A stretch of DNA of 64,000 nucleotides from an uncultured Thermoanaerobaculia bacterium (lineage in GTDB: Bacteria > Acidobacteriota > Thermoanaerobaculia > Multivoradales > JAGPDF01), in assembly GCA_964591165.1 (NCBI GenBank), contig CAZPZW010000001.1:46569-110568 (forward strand), in the 5' to 3' direction. Shown one piece after another: positions 50,383-62,600 of the stretch (its first letter is position 1; each line of letters opens with the position of its first letter). The notes under the pieces are model-generated. The model was not told where the DNA came from. It ran no database searches and was given only the letters and a program-made list of their open reading frames with translations. Made by a program: the position numbers and the translations under genes.

Positions 50383-50690
50383 TGTCGTCGATTCCCGTCG
50401 TCTGGTACCTCCTGCTCGCCGCCGCGCTGTTCGCGATCGGAGCCTTCGGCGCGCTCACCCGGCGCAGTGGCATCGCCATCTTCCTGTCGATCGAGCTGAT
50501 GTTGAACGCCGCCAACCTCACGCTGGTCGCCTATTCCCGCATTCTCGGCGACCTTGCCGGCCAGATGGTGGTGTTCTTCGCGCTGGCCGTCGCCGCCGCC
50601 GAGGCCGCGGTCGGCCTGGCGCTCTTCATCGCCATCTTCCGGCTGCGCCGGACGATCGACGTCAACCGCCTCAACCTGATGCGCTGGTAG
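50382..50690 (+). CDS. nuoK: NADH-quinone oxidoreductase subunit K
   Basis: NuoK/ND4L (LSIELMLNAANLTLVA). 102 aa. Confidence 0.9.
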   Translation: MSSIPVVWYLLLAAALFAIGAFGALTRRSGIAIFLSIELMLNAANLTLVAYSRILGDLAGQMVVFFALAVAAAEAAVGLALFIAIFRLRRTIDVNRLNLMRW

Positions 50691-50694
50691 CCCG

Positions 50695-52631
50695 ATGAGA
50701 GCCCTCGACTACCTCTGGCTGGTTCCCCTGCTGCCCTTCCTCGGCGCGGCGCTCAACGGCATTGCGGTGCGCGACCGGCAGAAGTCCTTGGTCACGGCGA
50801 TCGGCGTCGGCATCCCCGGGATCTCCCTCGCCATCGCGCTCGCCTGCCTCTGGGAGTTCGTCGCGCACTCCGGTCACGAAGCCTACGAGCAGGTGCTCTA
50901 CGCCTGGACGGTGGGCGACCTTCAACTCGACGTCGCCTTCCTTCTCGATCCGCTCTCCGCGGCGATGCTCTTCGTGGTCACCTTCGTGGGCTTCTGGATC
51001 CACGTCTACTCGGTCGGCTACATGGGCCACGAAGAGGGTTATCGCCGCTATTTCGCCTATCTCAATCTCTTCATGGGCGCCATGCTCCTGCTGGTGCTCG
51101 GCAACAACTACCTGGTGATGTTCGTCGGCTGGGAGGGCGTCGGCCTCTGCTCCTACCTGCTGATCGGCTTCTACTACGACCAGGATTTCCCCCCGTTCGC
51201 CGGTCGAAAGGCGTTCATCGTCAATCGGATCGGCGACTTCGCATTCCTGGTCGGGTTGTTCGCTCTGTTCGCCTCCTTCGGCACGCTCAACTTCCGCGAG
51301 CTCGAACAGGCCATCCTCGCCAACCTCGACCTCGCCCGCGCGCCCTATGCGCTCGGTCTGTCGCTCGCCGGTTTCGTCGCCCTCTGCCTCTTCGTCGGCG
51401 CGATGGGCAAGAGCGCTCAGATTCCGCTCTATGTCTGGTTGCCCGACGCCATGGCGGGCCCGACACCGGTGTCGGCCCTGATCCATGCTGCCACCATGGT
51501 GACCGCCGGTGTGTACATGGTGGCGCGCACGAACCTGGTCTATCAGCTCGCTCCCGACATCTCCACTTTCGTCGCCGTGATCGGCGCGGCCACCGCGATC
51601 TTCGCCGCTTCGATCGGCTTGGCGCAGAACGACATCAAGAAGGTCCTCGCCTACTCCACGGTCTCCCAGCTGGGCTACATGTTCCTGGCGGCGGGAGTCG
51701 GCGCCTACGTCGCGGCGATCTTCCACCTGGTGACCCACGCCTTCTTCAAGGCGCTCCTCTTCCTCGGCTCGGGCTCGGTGATCCACGCCATGGGAGGCGA
51801 GCAGGATATGCAGAAGATGGGCGGCCTGCGGACCAAGCTGCCGTGGACTTACGGCACCTTCCTCGTCGGCACGCTGGCGATCGCCGGCGTACCTCTCCTC
51901 GCCGGGTTCTTCAGCAAAGACGCGATCCTCGGTTCGGCGTTCGGCGCCTCGCCGGTACTCTGGGGAATCGGTCTGCTGACCGCAGGTCTGACCGCGTTCT
52001 ACATGTGGCGCGCCGTGAGCCTGACTTTCCACGGCGAGTTCCGCGGCACCCACGAGCAGGAGCACCACCTTCACGAGTCGCCACGGGTGATGACTCTGCC
52101 GCTCGTGGTCCTGGCCGTCGGCGCGGCCCTCGCGGGCTACGCCGGGAAGATCCCCTTCACCCACTACGACTGGTTCGGGCACTTCCTTTCCCGAGTCGTC
52201 GTCGAGATCCCCGGCCTCGAGAAACATGCCGAGCACCACTCGCTGAACCTCGAGCTCGTACTGGTCGGCGCGTCGATCGCCGCCGCCGGCCTGGGGCTCT
52301 TCCTCGCCTGGAAGCGCTATGGCGGGAGCCAGGGCACGGCCGCGGATGAGTCGTTCGCGCGGACTGCCCCGACGGCCCAGCGGCTGCTCGCCAACAAGTA
52401 CTACGTCGACGAGATCTACGACCGCTTCGTCGTCCAGCCCTCTCGCCGCCTGGCGCGGTTCTGCTGGAAGGTGGTCGATTCGATCCTGATCGACGGCGGC
52501 CTCCACGTGGGAGCCTTCGTCACCGAGTTGATCGGCGATCTGGGCCGGTTCACGACCACCGGCAACGTCCGGCAGTACGCGCTCTACTTCTTCGCCGGTG
52601 TGCTGATTCTCTTCTGGTGGATGATCCTCTG

Positions 52632-52632
<1 letters not shown>
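50695..52632 (+). CDS. nuoL: NADH-quinone oxidoreductase subunit L
   Basis: Antiporter-like subunit with the long amphipathic C-terminal helix region. 645 aa. Confidence 0.92.
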
Positions 52633-54250
<1,618 letters not shown>

Positions 54251-54254
<4 letters not shown>

Positions 54255-55699
54255 ACGAGCTCATCACCAGCTCTGCCGCCAGCTGGGCGGCGCTGCGGCC
54301 CGAGATCACGCTCACCGCCGCGGGCTCGCTGATCCTCCTGCTCGAGGCGTTTGCGCCGCGCTTGCGACGTGCCTTCCTCTGGATCTCGGTCGCCGCAGTG
54401 GGCCTGGCGTCCCTGCAGGTGGTCAGCCAGACGCCGGGCCTCTACTTCGGTGGCCTGATCGAGGCGACACCTCTCACCGGCGCCTTCTCTCAGGCGATCC
54501 TGCTCGCAACCGTCCTCGGGCTGCTCGCGGCGCAAGGTTACCTGCGTCGCGAGCACCTGCTCACCGGAGAGTATCCCGCGCTGCTGCTCTGGTGCGCCGC
54601 CGGCCTGCTGCTCCTGGTGCGCGGCATCGAGCTGCTCTCGATCTTCGTGGCGCTCGAGCTCCTCTCGGTCGCACTCTACGGTCTCGCCGCCTACCACCGT
54701 CGCGAGGCCCTGTCGGCCGAGGCAGCCATCAAGTACTTCCTGATGGGTGCCCTGGTGAGCTCGTTCATCCTCTACGGAACGGCGTTGGTCTACGGCGAGA
54801 CCGGGTCCACCCGGATCTCCGGCATCGCCGAGGCGCTCGGTCGCGGCAGTGGCTCGCCAGGGCTCGTTCTCCTCGGCTTCCTGCTCCTGATCTGCGGCTT
54901 CGGTTTCAAGCTCGGTCTCGTGCCCTTCCACGCCTGGGCGCCCGACGTCTACCAGGGAGCGCCGTCGCCCTTCGTTGCCTTCCTGTCGGTCGCTCCGAAG
55001 GCGGCGAGCGCCGTGGTGCTGGCGCGCCTCGTCACCCTGGCCGCCGAGGCGCCGACCGCCGGCGACTGGTCGGCGCTCGTTTCGGGGCTGGCCGTCGCGT
55101 CGATGCTGGTCGGTAACCTCTTCGCCCTGGTGCAGCGCGACATCAAGCGCATGCTGGCCTACTCGGGCATCGCCCACATGGGCTACCTGCTCATTCCCCT
55201 GGCGTCGCCCGGTGCCGAAGCCTGGCAACCGATCCTGGTCTACCTGGTGTCGTACGCCCTGATGAACGGCGGCGCCTTCGTTCTCGTCTCGATGCTCTAC
55301 GCCAAACCGGGCGAACAGCACCAGATCGTCACGCTCTCCGGCTGGGGCTACCGCTTCCCCGTCGCCGCCGCCTGCTTGACGGTCTGCATGCTCTCTCTGG
55401 GCGGGATCCCGCCGACCGCGGGATTCCTCGCCAAGTACCTGGTCTTCCTGCACGCCATTCAGCACGGTAATCTGGCGCTGGCGCTGGTCGGCGTGGTCGC
55501 CAGTCTGATCGGCATCGTGTTCTACCTCCGCGTCGTCTACATGCTCTACATGCGCGACGAGATCAGCGCGCCGTCCGGCCTGGCGCTCGACTTCTCCGGC
55601 CGGCTCGCCGCCGTCCTCGCGGCCGCCGCCACGCTGCTCCTCGGTGTCCTTCCCGGCCCCTTCCTGAGCTGGGTCCAACAGGCCGTCGCCAGCCTCTGA
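54251..55699 (+). CDS. nuoN: NADH-quinone oxidoreductase subunit N
   Basis: NuoN/ND2 (FKLGLVPFHAWAPDVYQGAPSP). ATGA overlap with nuoM. Confidence 0.9.
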
Positions 55700-55713
55700 G
55701 CTCACCGAACCGC

Positions 55714-56409
55714 GTGGCCCCGCCGAGCCACCCGCCTCGCCCGTCGCCGTCGAAGTCGCGACCGTTCCGCGTTCCCGACGCTTCGCGCGGCACGGTCTCG
55801 CATCTCACCGTCAACCGTCTCTCGCTCTACCTGCGCTCGCTGCGCCAGCTGCTGGCCGACCAGGTCGAGCGCGTCTCCTCCGACTCGCTAGCCAAGATCT
55901 GCCAACTCTCCGCCGCCCAGGTGCGCAAGGACCTGGCCCAGTTCGGCGAGTTCGGCGTGCGCGGCGTGGGCTACGACGTGGCGCGCCTCGAGCTCCAGCT
56001 GCGCGGCGTCCTCCGGCTGGACCGCGTGCACGGCGTGGTGATCTTCGGCATGGGGAACATCGGTACCGCGCTGGCGCGATTCCCGGCCTTCAACTCGGGG
56101 AGCTTCCGCGTCGTGGCCGGATTCGACAGCGACCGCGCCAAGATCGGTTCGAGCATCGACGGTATCCGGATCTTCGCGCCCGACGAGCTGACCCGCGTGG
56201 TGCGCCGGACGCGCGCGACGATGGGCGTGCTCGCGGTTCCTGCCGAAGCCGCGCCGCTCGGCCTGAAGCTCCTCGCCGGCGCCGGAATCACCGCGGTGGT
56301 GAACTTCGCGCCGGTCGTGCTGCCCGCGGTCACGAGTTGCCGGGTGAAGAACGTCGACCTGCGAATCCACCTCGAAGAGCTCGCCTTCTACGACCTCCCG
56401 GCGCGCTGA
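55714..56409 (+). CDS. rex: Redox-sensing transcriptional repressor Rex
   Basis: N-terminal winged helix (RLSLYLRSL) and a Rossmann NADH-binding domain (VVIFGMGNIGTALA). It immediately follows nuoN. The 5' end is possibly shorter than the ORF. Confidence 0.8.
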   Translation: MAPPSHPPRPSPSKSRPFRVPDASRGTVSHLTVNRLSLYLRSLRQLLADQVERVSSDSLAKICQLSAAQVRKDLAQFGEFGVRGVGYDVARLELQLRGVLRLDRVHGVVIFGMGNIGTALARFPAFNSGSFRVVAGFDSDRAKIGSSIDGIRIFAPDELTRVVRRTRATMGVLAVPAEAAPLGLKLLAGAGITAVVNFAPVVLPAVTSCRVKNVDLRIHLEELAFYDLPAR

Positions 56410-56513
56410 CCCGCCGCACCGCTGAGCCCGAAGCGTCCAGCGAAACGCTCCGCAGCGGTCCACCCCGGGCGACGGGCTATAATTCCGGCCGTAGCCTGGG
56501 AAAGGGGGTGGGC

Positions 56514-57119
56514 ATGGCCGCGCGAATCGATTGCCGCCGTCGCGAGGCGGGATTCACACTGCTCGAGATGCTCATCGTGCTCCTCATGCTCGGGATCCTC
56601 GCGGTCATCGGGATCCCTGCTCTCCTCAACATCCTCAACCGGCTGAAGTTGACCGGCAACGCGCGCGAGGTGGCCACCCTCATGCAGGTCGCGCGACTCG
56701 AGGCCGTCAAGCTGAACGCTCCGGCCGAGGTCAACTACGACCTGACGAATCGGCTGTTCTTCGCCTTCGTCGACCTCGACTTCGACGGCGCCTTCGATCC
56801 CACCGCCGACCGTCAGATCTCCGGCCAGTTGCCCTTGGCGAGCGGCGTCTCCCTGTGGGGGCCCACCGACCCCGGACCAGACGACACCAACGCGATCGAC
56901 GGCTGGGACGTCGGGGCCGGCGCCAATCCCGGCCCGATCTTCAATCCGGACGGCTCCGCACAGCGGGTCGGCGCCTACCGCCTGCGCGACCGGCGCAACA
57001 ACGTGATCGAAGTCCGGATCGAGACGCCGGCCACCGGCCGCGTGATCCTCCAGAAGTGGTTCCCCGCGCTCACCCAGTTCTACGAGAATGGCGAGCAGGG
57101 GCATCATTGGGAGTGGTGA
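56514..57119 (+). CDS. Type IV pilin-like / type II secretion pseudopilin (GspH/FimT-like)
   Basis: Prepilin leader and N-methylation motif (RREAGFTLLEMLIVLLMLGILAVIG) and a GspH-like C-terminal domain. A perfect TATAAT sits at 56478-56483 with a GGGGG RBS. Confidence 0.7.
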   Translation: MAARIDCRRREAGFTLLEMLIVLLMLGILAVIGIPALLNILNRLKLTGNAREVATLMQVARLEAVKLNAPAEVNYDLTNRLFFAFVDLDFDGAFDPTADRQISGQLPLASGVSLWGPTDPGPDDTNAIDGWDVGAGANPGPIFNPDGSAQRVGAYRLRDRRNNVIEVRIETPATGRVILQKWFPALTQFYENGEQGHHWEW

Positions 57120-57678
57120 TCGACTCGAAACGTCCGTAGAACGACAGGGCCGACTCGCCATACCGACGCGTCGCGGTGCGCACCAGTGGCCCGGCGAGCG
57201 GCGGCGGGGCGGCACGCGAACGGTGCTCGAGCGCGAGGCGGCCATCCGCGGCGAGAATCGCTTCGCAGCGCTGCAGGAATTCTTCGTCCAACGGCAGCCG
57301 GTAGGGCGGATCGGCGAACACGAGATCGAACCGCTCCCCCGCCGCCGCGAGCTCCTCCAACGCCACTTCGGCCGGTCGCACCAGCAGCCGTGCCGACCCC
57401 GGCGCAACCAGCGCCAGGTTGCGTCGAAGAACCGCCTGCGCCGCGCGATCGGATTCCACCAGCACGGCCTCGAGCGCCCCGCGGCTGATCGCCTCGATCG
57501 CCACGGCGCCACTGCCCGCGAAGAGGTCGAGCACGCGCGCGCCGTCGAGGACGTCCAGCCAGATCGAGAACAACGCCTGGCGGACCTTGGCCTCGGTGGG
57601 ACGGGACGCGGGCGGCACCGCGAGAACACGACCGCGCAGGGTACCGCCGCTGATGCGCAATCCCGGAGCGCTCTTCAT
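57070..57678 (-). CDS. rsmD: 16S rRNA (guanine966-N2)-methyltransferase RsmD
   Basis: DLFAGSGAVAIEAISRGA SAM-binding motif and DPPY catalytic motif. Start at MKSAPG; the N-terminal 270 codons of the ORF-track entry are shadow. Confidence 0.85.
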   Translation of the reverse strand: MKSAPGLRISGGTLRGRVLAVPPASRPTEAKVRQALFSIWLDVLDGARVLDLFAGSGAVAIEAISRGALEAVLVESDRAAQAVLRRNLALVAPGSARLLVRPAEVALEELAAAGERFDLVFADPPYRLPLDEEFLQRCEAILAADGRLALEHRSRAAPPPLAGPLVRTATRRYGESALSFYGRFESITTPNDAPARHSRRTG

Positions 57679-58355
57679 GGCGCGGCCGCCCGAGCCACCA
57701 GCCGCACGAAGTGGCGTGGCAGATCCGTGCGCGGCAGATAGATCGTCAGCGGCTCGATCCGTCCGCGCAGCTCGACGCCGTGTCCGTCGGCGGTGAATCC
57801 CACGACGTCGAACTCCGTGCCATCGGCGCGCGCCAGCCGGTCGCCGGCTCGCGGCTGATAGCCCGCGGGAATGTCGCTCGCCGATCCCGCCGCGGCCGCC
57901 AGCGCCGCCAATTCGTCGGCGATGCCGACCAGGGCGTTGAGCCCCAGGGTCCGCGTGTCCAGGAGCCCGTAGCGGAAGGTGCGCGGCGGCCGGTCCGGCA
58001 GGCGGAGCGAGAGCTCGCACCACTCCACCCACGCCCCTTCGACGGCTCGCCGGTCTGCCGGTGTGTCCGTGAGATCGATCGCCGCCAGGCGGCGCGCGAA
58101 GGCGGCGACCCGGTCGCGATCGATCTCGGTCAGGCGCAGATCCGATTCCTCGCCTCGCCACTCGCGCCAGCGCACGGTGCCGTTGGCGAAGAGCGTGGTG
58201 TCGTTCCGGCCGAGTCCGCTCGCGCAATCCCGGCGCAGCACCTCGATGGTTCGCGGGTCGCCCGGAGGCGGACTGGACTCGACCTGCAGTGCCCAGGAGG
58301 CTCTCCCCAGCGCGAGCAGCGCCAAGCCGCCGACCACTGCACGTCGGCAGATCAC
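57675..58355 (-). CDS. Hypothetical secreted protein
   Basis: Putative signal peptide (VVGGLALLALGRASWA), 227 aa, no recognised domain. GTG start overlaps the cca stop (GTGA) and its stop overlaps the rsmD ATG (ATGA). Confidence 0.4.
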   Translation of the reverse strand: MICRRAVVGGLALLALGRASWALQVESSPPPGDPRTIEVLRRDCASGLGRNDTTLFANGTVRWREWRGEESDLRLTEIDRDRVAAFARRLAAIDLTDTPADRRAVEGAWVEWCELSLRLPDRPPRTFRYGLLDTRTLGLNALVGIADELAALAAAAGSASDIPAGYQPRAGDRLARADGTEFDVVGFTADGHGVELRGRIEPLTIYLPRTDLPRHFVRLVARAAAP

Positions 58356-59659
58356 CGCTCGACCTCGCGGGCCACGTGCAGCGCATAGTCGAGCTCGCCC
58401 GCCTCCTCCAGCGCGCCGTCCAGCCGCGCCTCCAGGGTCCGCGCGAGGGCGCGGCCCATCGCGGGGCCGGGCGCGACGCCATGCCGCATCAGATCGTCGC
58501 CATTGATCCGCAAGGCGAGCTGCCGGAACTCCGCGAGCTCGCGCCAGACCCACTCCCGCAGCAGCGGCGAGCCGCAAGCCAGCCTGGCGAGCTCCACGCG
58601 ATCGAGGCTCGCCATCGCGCCGTGCGCGGCGCTCGGCGAGGGCGCGGCGCCCAGGACCCTCGCTGCGTGAGCGATCCGTTCCGGCCCCGCCTGTACCGAC
58701 TCTCGCAGCTCCGCCCGCAGCATGAGCCGCTCACCGAGCCGCCGCCGGTCTCCGGGAGCGAGCTCCCAACCGAGCTCGAGGAGCGCCAGTCGCAGTCCCC
58801 ATGCCGCCGCAGCGCGGGAGGACCCCGGCAACCTGGCCATCTCGCCGCGCGCCGCTTCGAACCGCTCGGCCTGGGCCCGCCCGAATCCCAGGCCAGGCAC
58901 GAGTCGCGGCAGGAAGGCCAGCTCGTCGAGCCGCTGCAGAGCCGCGGCGATGGCCTCCGGATGCGCTGCCGCCTTGGCCAGGGCATCCGCAAGGCGCTCT
59001 CCCGAGACCAGTTCCACCACGCCCGAACCGGTCGCCTCCCGCGCCAGCGTCTCGGTGCCGGGATCGAAACGAAATCCGAAACGCGCCTCGAATCCAGCAC
59101 CGCGCACGAGGCGCGTCGGATCGTCCAGGAAGGACCTGGCGTGCAGGACGCGCAATCGCCCGGCCTCGAGGTCCGCCCGGCCGCCGTGGAGATCGACCAG
59201 GGCTCCCCCGAACACCGGCACGAGCGGCAGCGCCAGTGCGTTGACCGTGAAATCGCGTCGCGCGAGGTCCTCGGCGAGCGATGCCGCGGAGACTTCGGGC
59301 AGGATCCCCGGGCGCGCATAGGTCTCGCGTCGCGCGCGCGCCACGTCGAGCCGGCCGAGATGCGGCGCCCGCAGCTCGCAAGTGAGGAATCGAGGATGGA
59401 AGGTCGGCGTCGCTCCGAGCCGTCGCGCGAGATCCCGGCCGAAACGCTCGATTCCAGGGTCGCCGTCGGTCACCAGATCGAGGTCGAGATCGAGCTCGCC
59501 GCGCAGCAGGTCGCGGATCCCGCCGCCGACCCAGTAGAGCTTCGTCCCGAGCTCAAGGGCCACGTCGCGGGCCGCGCCGAGGATGTGGAGCCGATGGGGT
59601 GGGACCGCGGAGAGGAGTGGTCCGGGACTCAGGTCGGCACGGCCGGCGCCCCCGCTCAT
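58352..59659 (-). CDS. cca: tRNA nucleotidyltransferase (CCA-adding enzyme) / poly(A) polymerase family
   Basis: Pol-beta-like nucleotidyltransferase head (GGGIRDLLRG...DLDLVT, ARRDFTVNA). 435 aa. Confidence 0.8.
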   Translation of the reverse strand: MSGGAGRADLSPGPLLSAVPPHRLHILGAARDVALELGTKLYWVGGGIRDLLRGELDLDLDLVTDGDPGIERFGRDLARRLGATPTFHPRFLTCELRAPHLGRLDVARARRETYARPGILPEVSAASLAEDLARRDFTVNALALPLVPVFGGALVDLHGGRADLEAGRLRVLHARSFLDDPTRLVRGAGFEARFGFRFDPGTETLAREATGSGVVELVSGERLADALAKAAAHPEAIAAALQRLDELAFLPRLVPGLGFGRAQAERFEAARGEMARLPGSSRAAAAWGLRLALLELGWELAPGDRRRLGERLMLRAELRESVQAGPERIAHAARVLGAAPSPSAAHGAMASLDRVELARLACGSPLLREWVWRELAEFRQLALRINGDDLMRHGVAPGPAMGRALARTLEARLDGALEEAGELDYALHVAREVER

Positions 59660-59680
59660 GCGCCGGATTGTACTGCCGGA

Positions 59681-62600
59681 TCAGGCATCGAGCCGACGCA
59701 CCCGACCCGCACCGACGATCGCCTCGATCTCGCGGACGAGCGCCGGCGTGAACTCGACCTTGAAGCGCTCCTGCGGGGCCACCCGCACCGCCGACTCGTC
59801 GAGCCGGATCTCGAACTCGACCGCGGAGTCTCCCGGGTGCTCGGTGAGGAGATCGCGCAGGCGCAGCATTTCTGAGATGGGCAGGGCGCGATCGAGCGCG
59901 ACGCGCAATGCCGGAGCGATCCGATCGGCTGCCGCCGCCAGCGGGGCGAGCTCTTCGGCGCTCATCTCGACCTCGGCGCCGCGCTCCCGGACCTGTCCCT
60001 TCACCAGCAGGGCGGCATCCTCCCGCAGGAGCGGGTCGTACTTCTGCAGCTGATCTGCGAACAGGGTCACGGCGATACCGCCGGTCAGATCCTCGAGCAC
60101 GAAGCGGCCCATCACCCGCCCCGCGTTGGGCCCGGACTTGATCTTGCTCCGCGAGATCCTGGTCACCAAGCCGCCGATCGTCGCCGCCCCCTGGTAGCCG
60201 GCGCGCAGCTGGGCGGCGGTGTGCGACACCAACCGCCGCAAGCGGCCTTCGTACTCCACCAGCGGGTTTCCGGACAGATAGAAACCCAGAGCTTCCTTCT
60301 CCTGGCGGAGCCGGTCCGACTCGCTCCAGGGCTCCGCAGCGGGGAGACTGGGCGTGGCACGCGCCAGGGCCGAACCGAAGAGATTGCCCTGCCCCTCTTC
60401 CATCTCACGACGGCGGCGCTGCGCGTGCTCACCCAGCGAACCGAGGGCGGTGAAATGTGCTGCCCGGTGGCCCCCGAAGGCGTCACAGGCGCCGGACTTG
60501 ACCAGCGCCTCGAAGACCTTCTGATTCACCGCGTGCGGATCGACCTCGGCGATCAGCTGTCCCAGGTCGGCGAACCTGCCGAGGCGTCGGCGCGCCGCGA
60601 GGATCGCCGCGCCGGCCGCTTCGCCGAGCCCCTTGATGGCGCCGAGGCCGTAGCGGATCGAATCCCCTACGACCGTGAACGTCCACTCGCTCGCGTTGAC
60701 GTCCGGCGGCAGGACGCGAATGCCCATCTCGCGGGCTTCCGACACGTACTTCACGATCTCGTCGGTGGCCCCCATCTCGCAGGAGAGCATCGCCGCCATG
60801 AAGGCGACCGGATGGTGCGTCTTCAGATAGGCCGTCTTGTAGGCGAGCATGGCGTAGGCCACGCTGTGGCTCTTGTTGAAACCGTAACCGGCGAACGGCT
60901 CGATGTACTCCCAGAGCTCCTGGGCCTTCTTCGGCGCGACGCCGCGGGCCGCCGCTCCGGCGACGAACTTCTCCTTCTGCTCGGCCATCACCTCGGGCTT
61001 CTTCTTGCCCATCGCCTTGCGCAGGACGTCCGCCTCTCCCATCGTGAAGCCGCCGACGGCGACGGCGATCTGCATGACCTGTTCCTGATAGGCGATGACG
61101 CCGTAGGTCTCCTCGAGGATCGGACGGGTCTCCGCGAGGATGTATTGCACCTTCCGGCGCCCGAGCTTGCGCTGGATGAACTCGTCGACCATGCCGACCG
61201 AGAGCGCTCCCGGGCGATAGAGCGCATTGAAGGCCGCGAGCTCCTCGAACCTGGAGGGCTGGGCGCGGCGCAGCATGTCCTTCATCCCGCTCGACTCGAA
61301 CTGGAAGATCCCGTTCGTGCGGCCGTCGCAGAACAGCTTGAAGACCGCCGGATCGTCGAGCGGGACGGCGTCGAGGTCGAGCTCCTTGCCCTGCATCTTG
61401 AGGGTGCGCAGCGTGTCGTCGACCACGGTGACCGTCTTCAGGCCCAGGAAGTCCATCTTGAGGAGACCCAAACGCTCCACGGCCTTCATGTCCCACTGCG
61501 TCGTGACCTCGTCCCGGTTCGTCTTGTAGAGCGGGACCAGCTCGTCGATCGGACAAGGAGCGATCACCACGCCGGCGGCGTGCACCGAGGCGTGACGGGT
61601 GAGCCCCTCGAGGCGGCTTCCCACCTCGACCACCCGCTTGATCTCCGGATCACGCGCCGCCTCGGTCACCAGACTGTCCACCGTCTTCGCCGCCTCCGAG
61701 AGCGACCGCGTCATGTCCGGAAGCAGTTTCGCGACCCGGTCCATCTTGGCGAACGGCAGGCCCATCACCCGCCCGACGTCGCGCAGCACACCCTTCGCGG
61801 CGAGAGTCCCGAAGGTGATGATCTGGGCGACCCGGTCCCGTCCGTATTTCTCGTTGACGTACTGGATCACCTCGCCGCGACGGCGCATGCAGAAATCGAT
61901 GTCGATGTCCGGCAGGCTGATCCGCTCCGGATTCAGGAAACGCTCGAACAGCAGGTCGTAGCGCAACGGATCGATGTCGGTGATTCGCAACGCGTAGGAC
62001 ACCAGTGATCCCGCCGCCGAGCCGCGCCCCGGACCCACCGGGATTTCGTGCTCGCGCGCGAAGCGGATGAAGTCCCAGACGATGAGGAAGTAGCCGGCGA
62101 ACCCCATGCGCCGGATGACGTCGATCTCGAAGCGCAGGCGCTCGCGGTAGATCTCAGGGGAGAGCCCCGCTCGGTCTCCCCCTCGCCGGGCGATCTCCGC
62201 CAGCCGCTGGTCGAGTCCGTCGCTCGCCATGCGCGCGAAGTAGGTCTCCAAGGACTCGCCGGGCGGTACCGGGAATTCGGGCAGGTGGAACTTGTCGGAG
62301 AGGATCTCCACCGAGCAGCGCTCGGCGACCGCCAGAGTGTTCTCCATCGCCCGGCGATCCTGGGGAAAGAGCCGCGAGATCTCGTCCGCCCCCTTGAGAT
62401 AGAACTGGTCCGTGGCATAGCGCAGGCGATCTTCGTCCGCCAGCATGCGCTGGGTGCCGATGCACAGCAGCACGTCGTGCGCGAAGGCGTCGTCCTGCTT
62501 GAGGTAGTGGCAATCGTTGGTGATCACGGTCTCGAGGCCGAGTTTGCGCGACAGCCGCCGCAGGACCTCGTTCGCCGCCCGCTGCTCGGGGATGCCGTGG

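Noticed and set aside
57679-58482. N-terminal 270-codon extension of the rsmD ORF
   Set aside because: RsmD homology starts at MKSAPG (57678). The extension is low-complexity and overlaps the better-supported coupled ORF at 57675-58355 in another frame.
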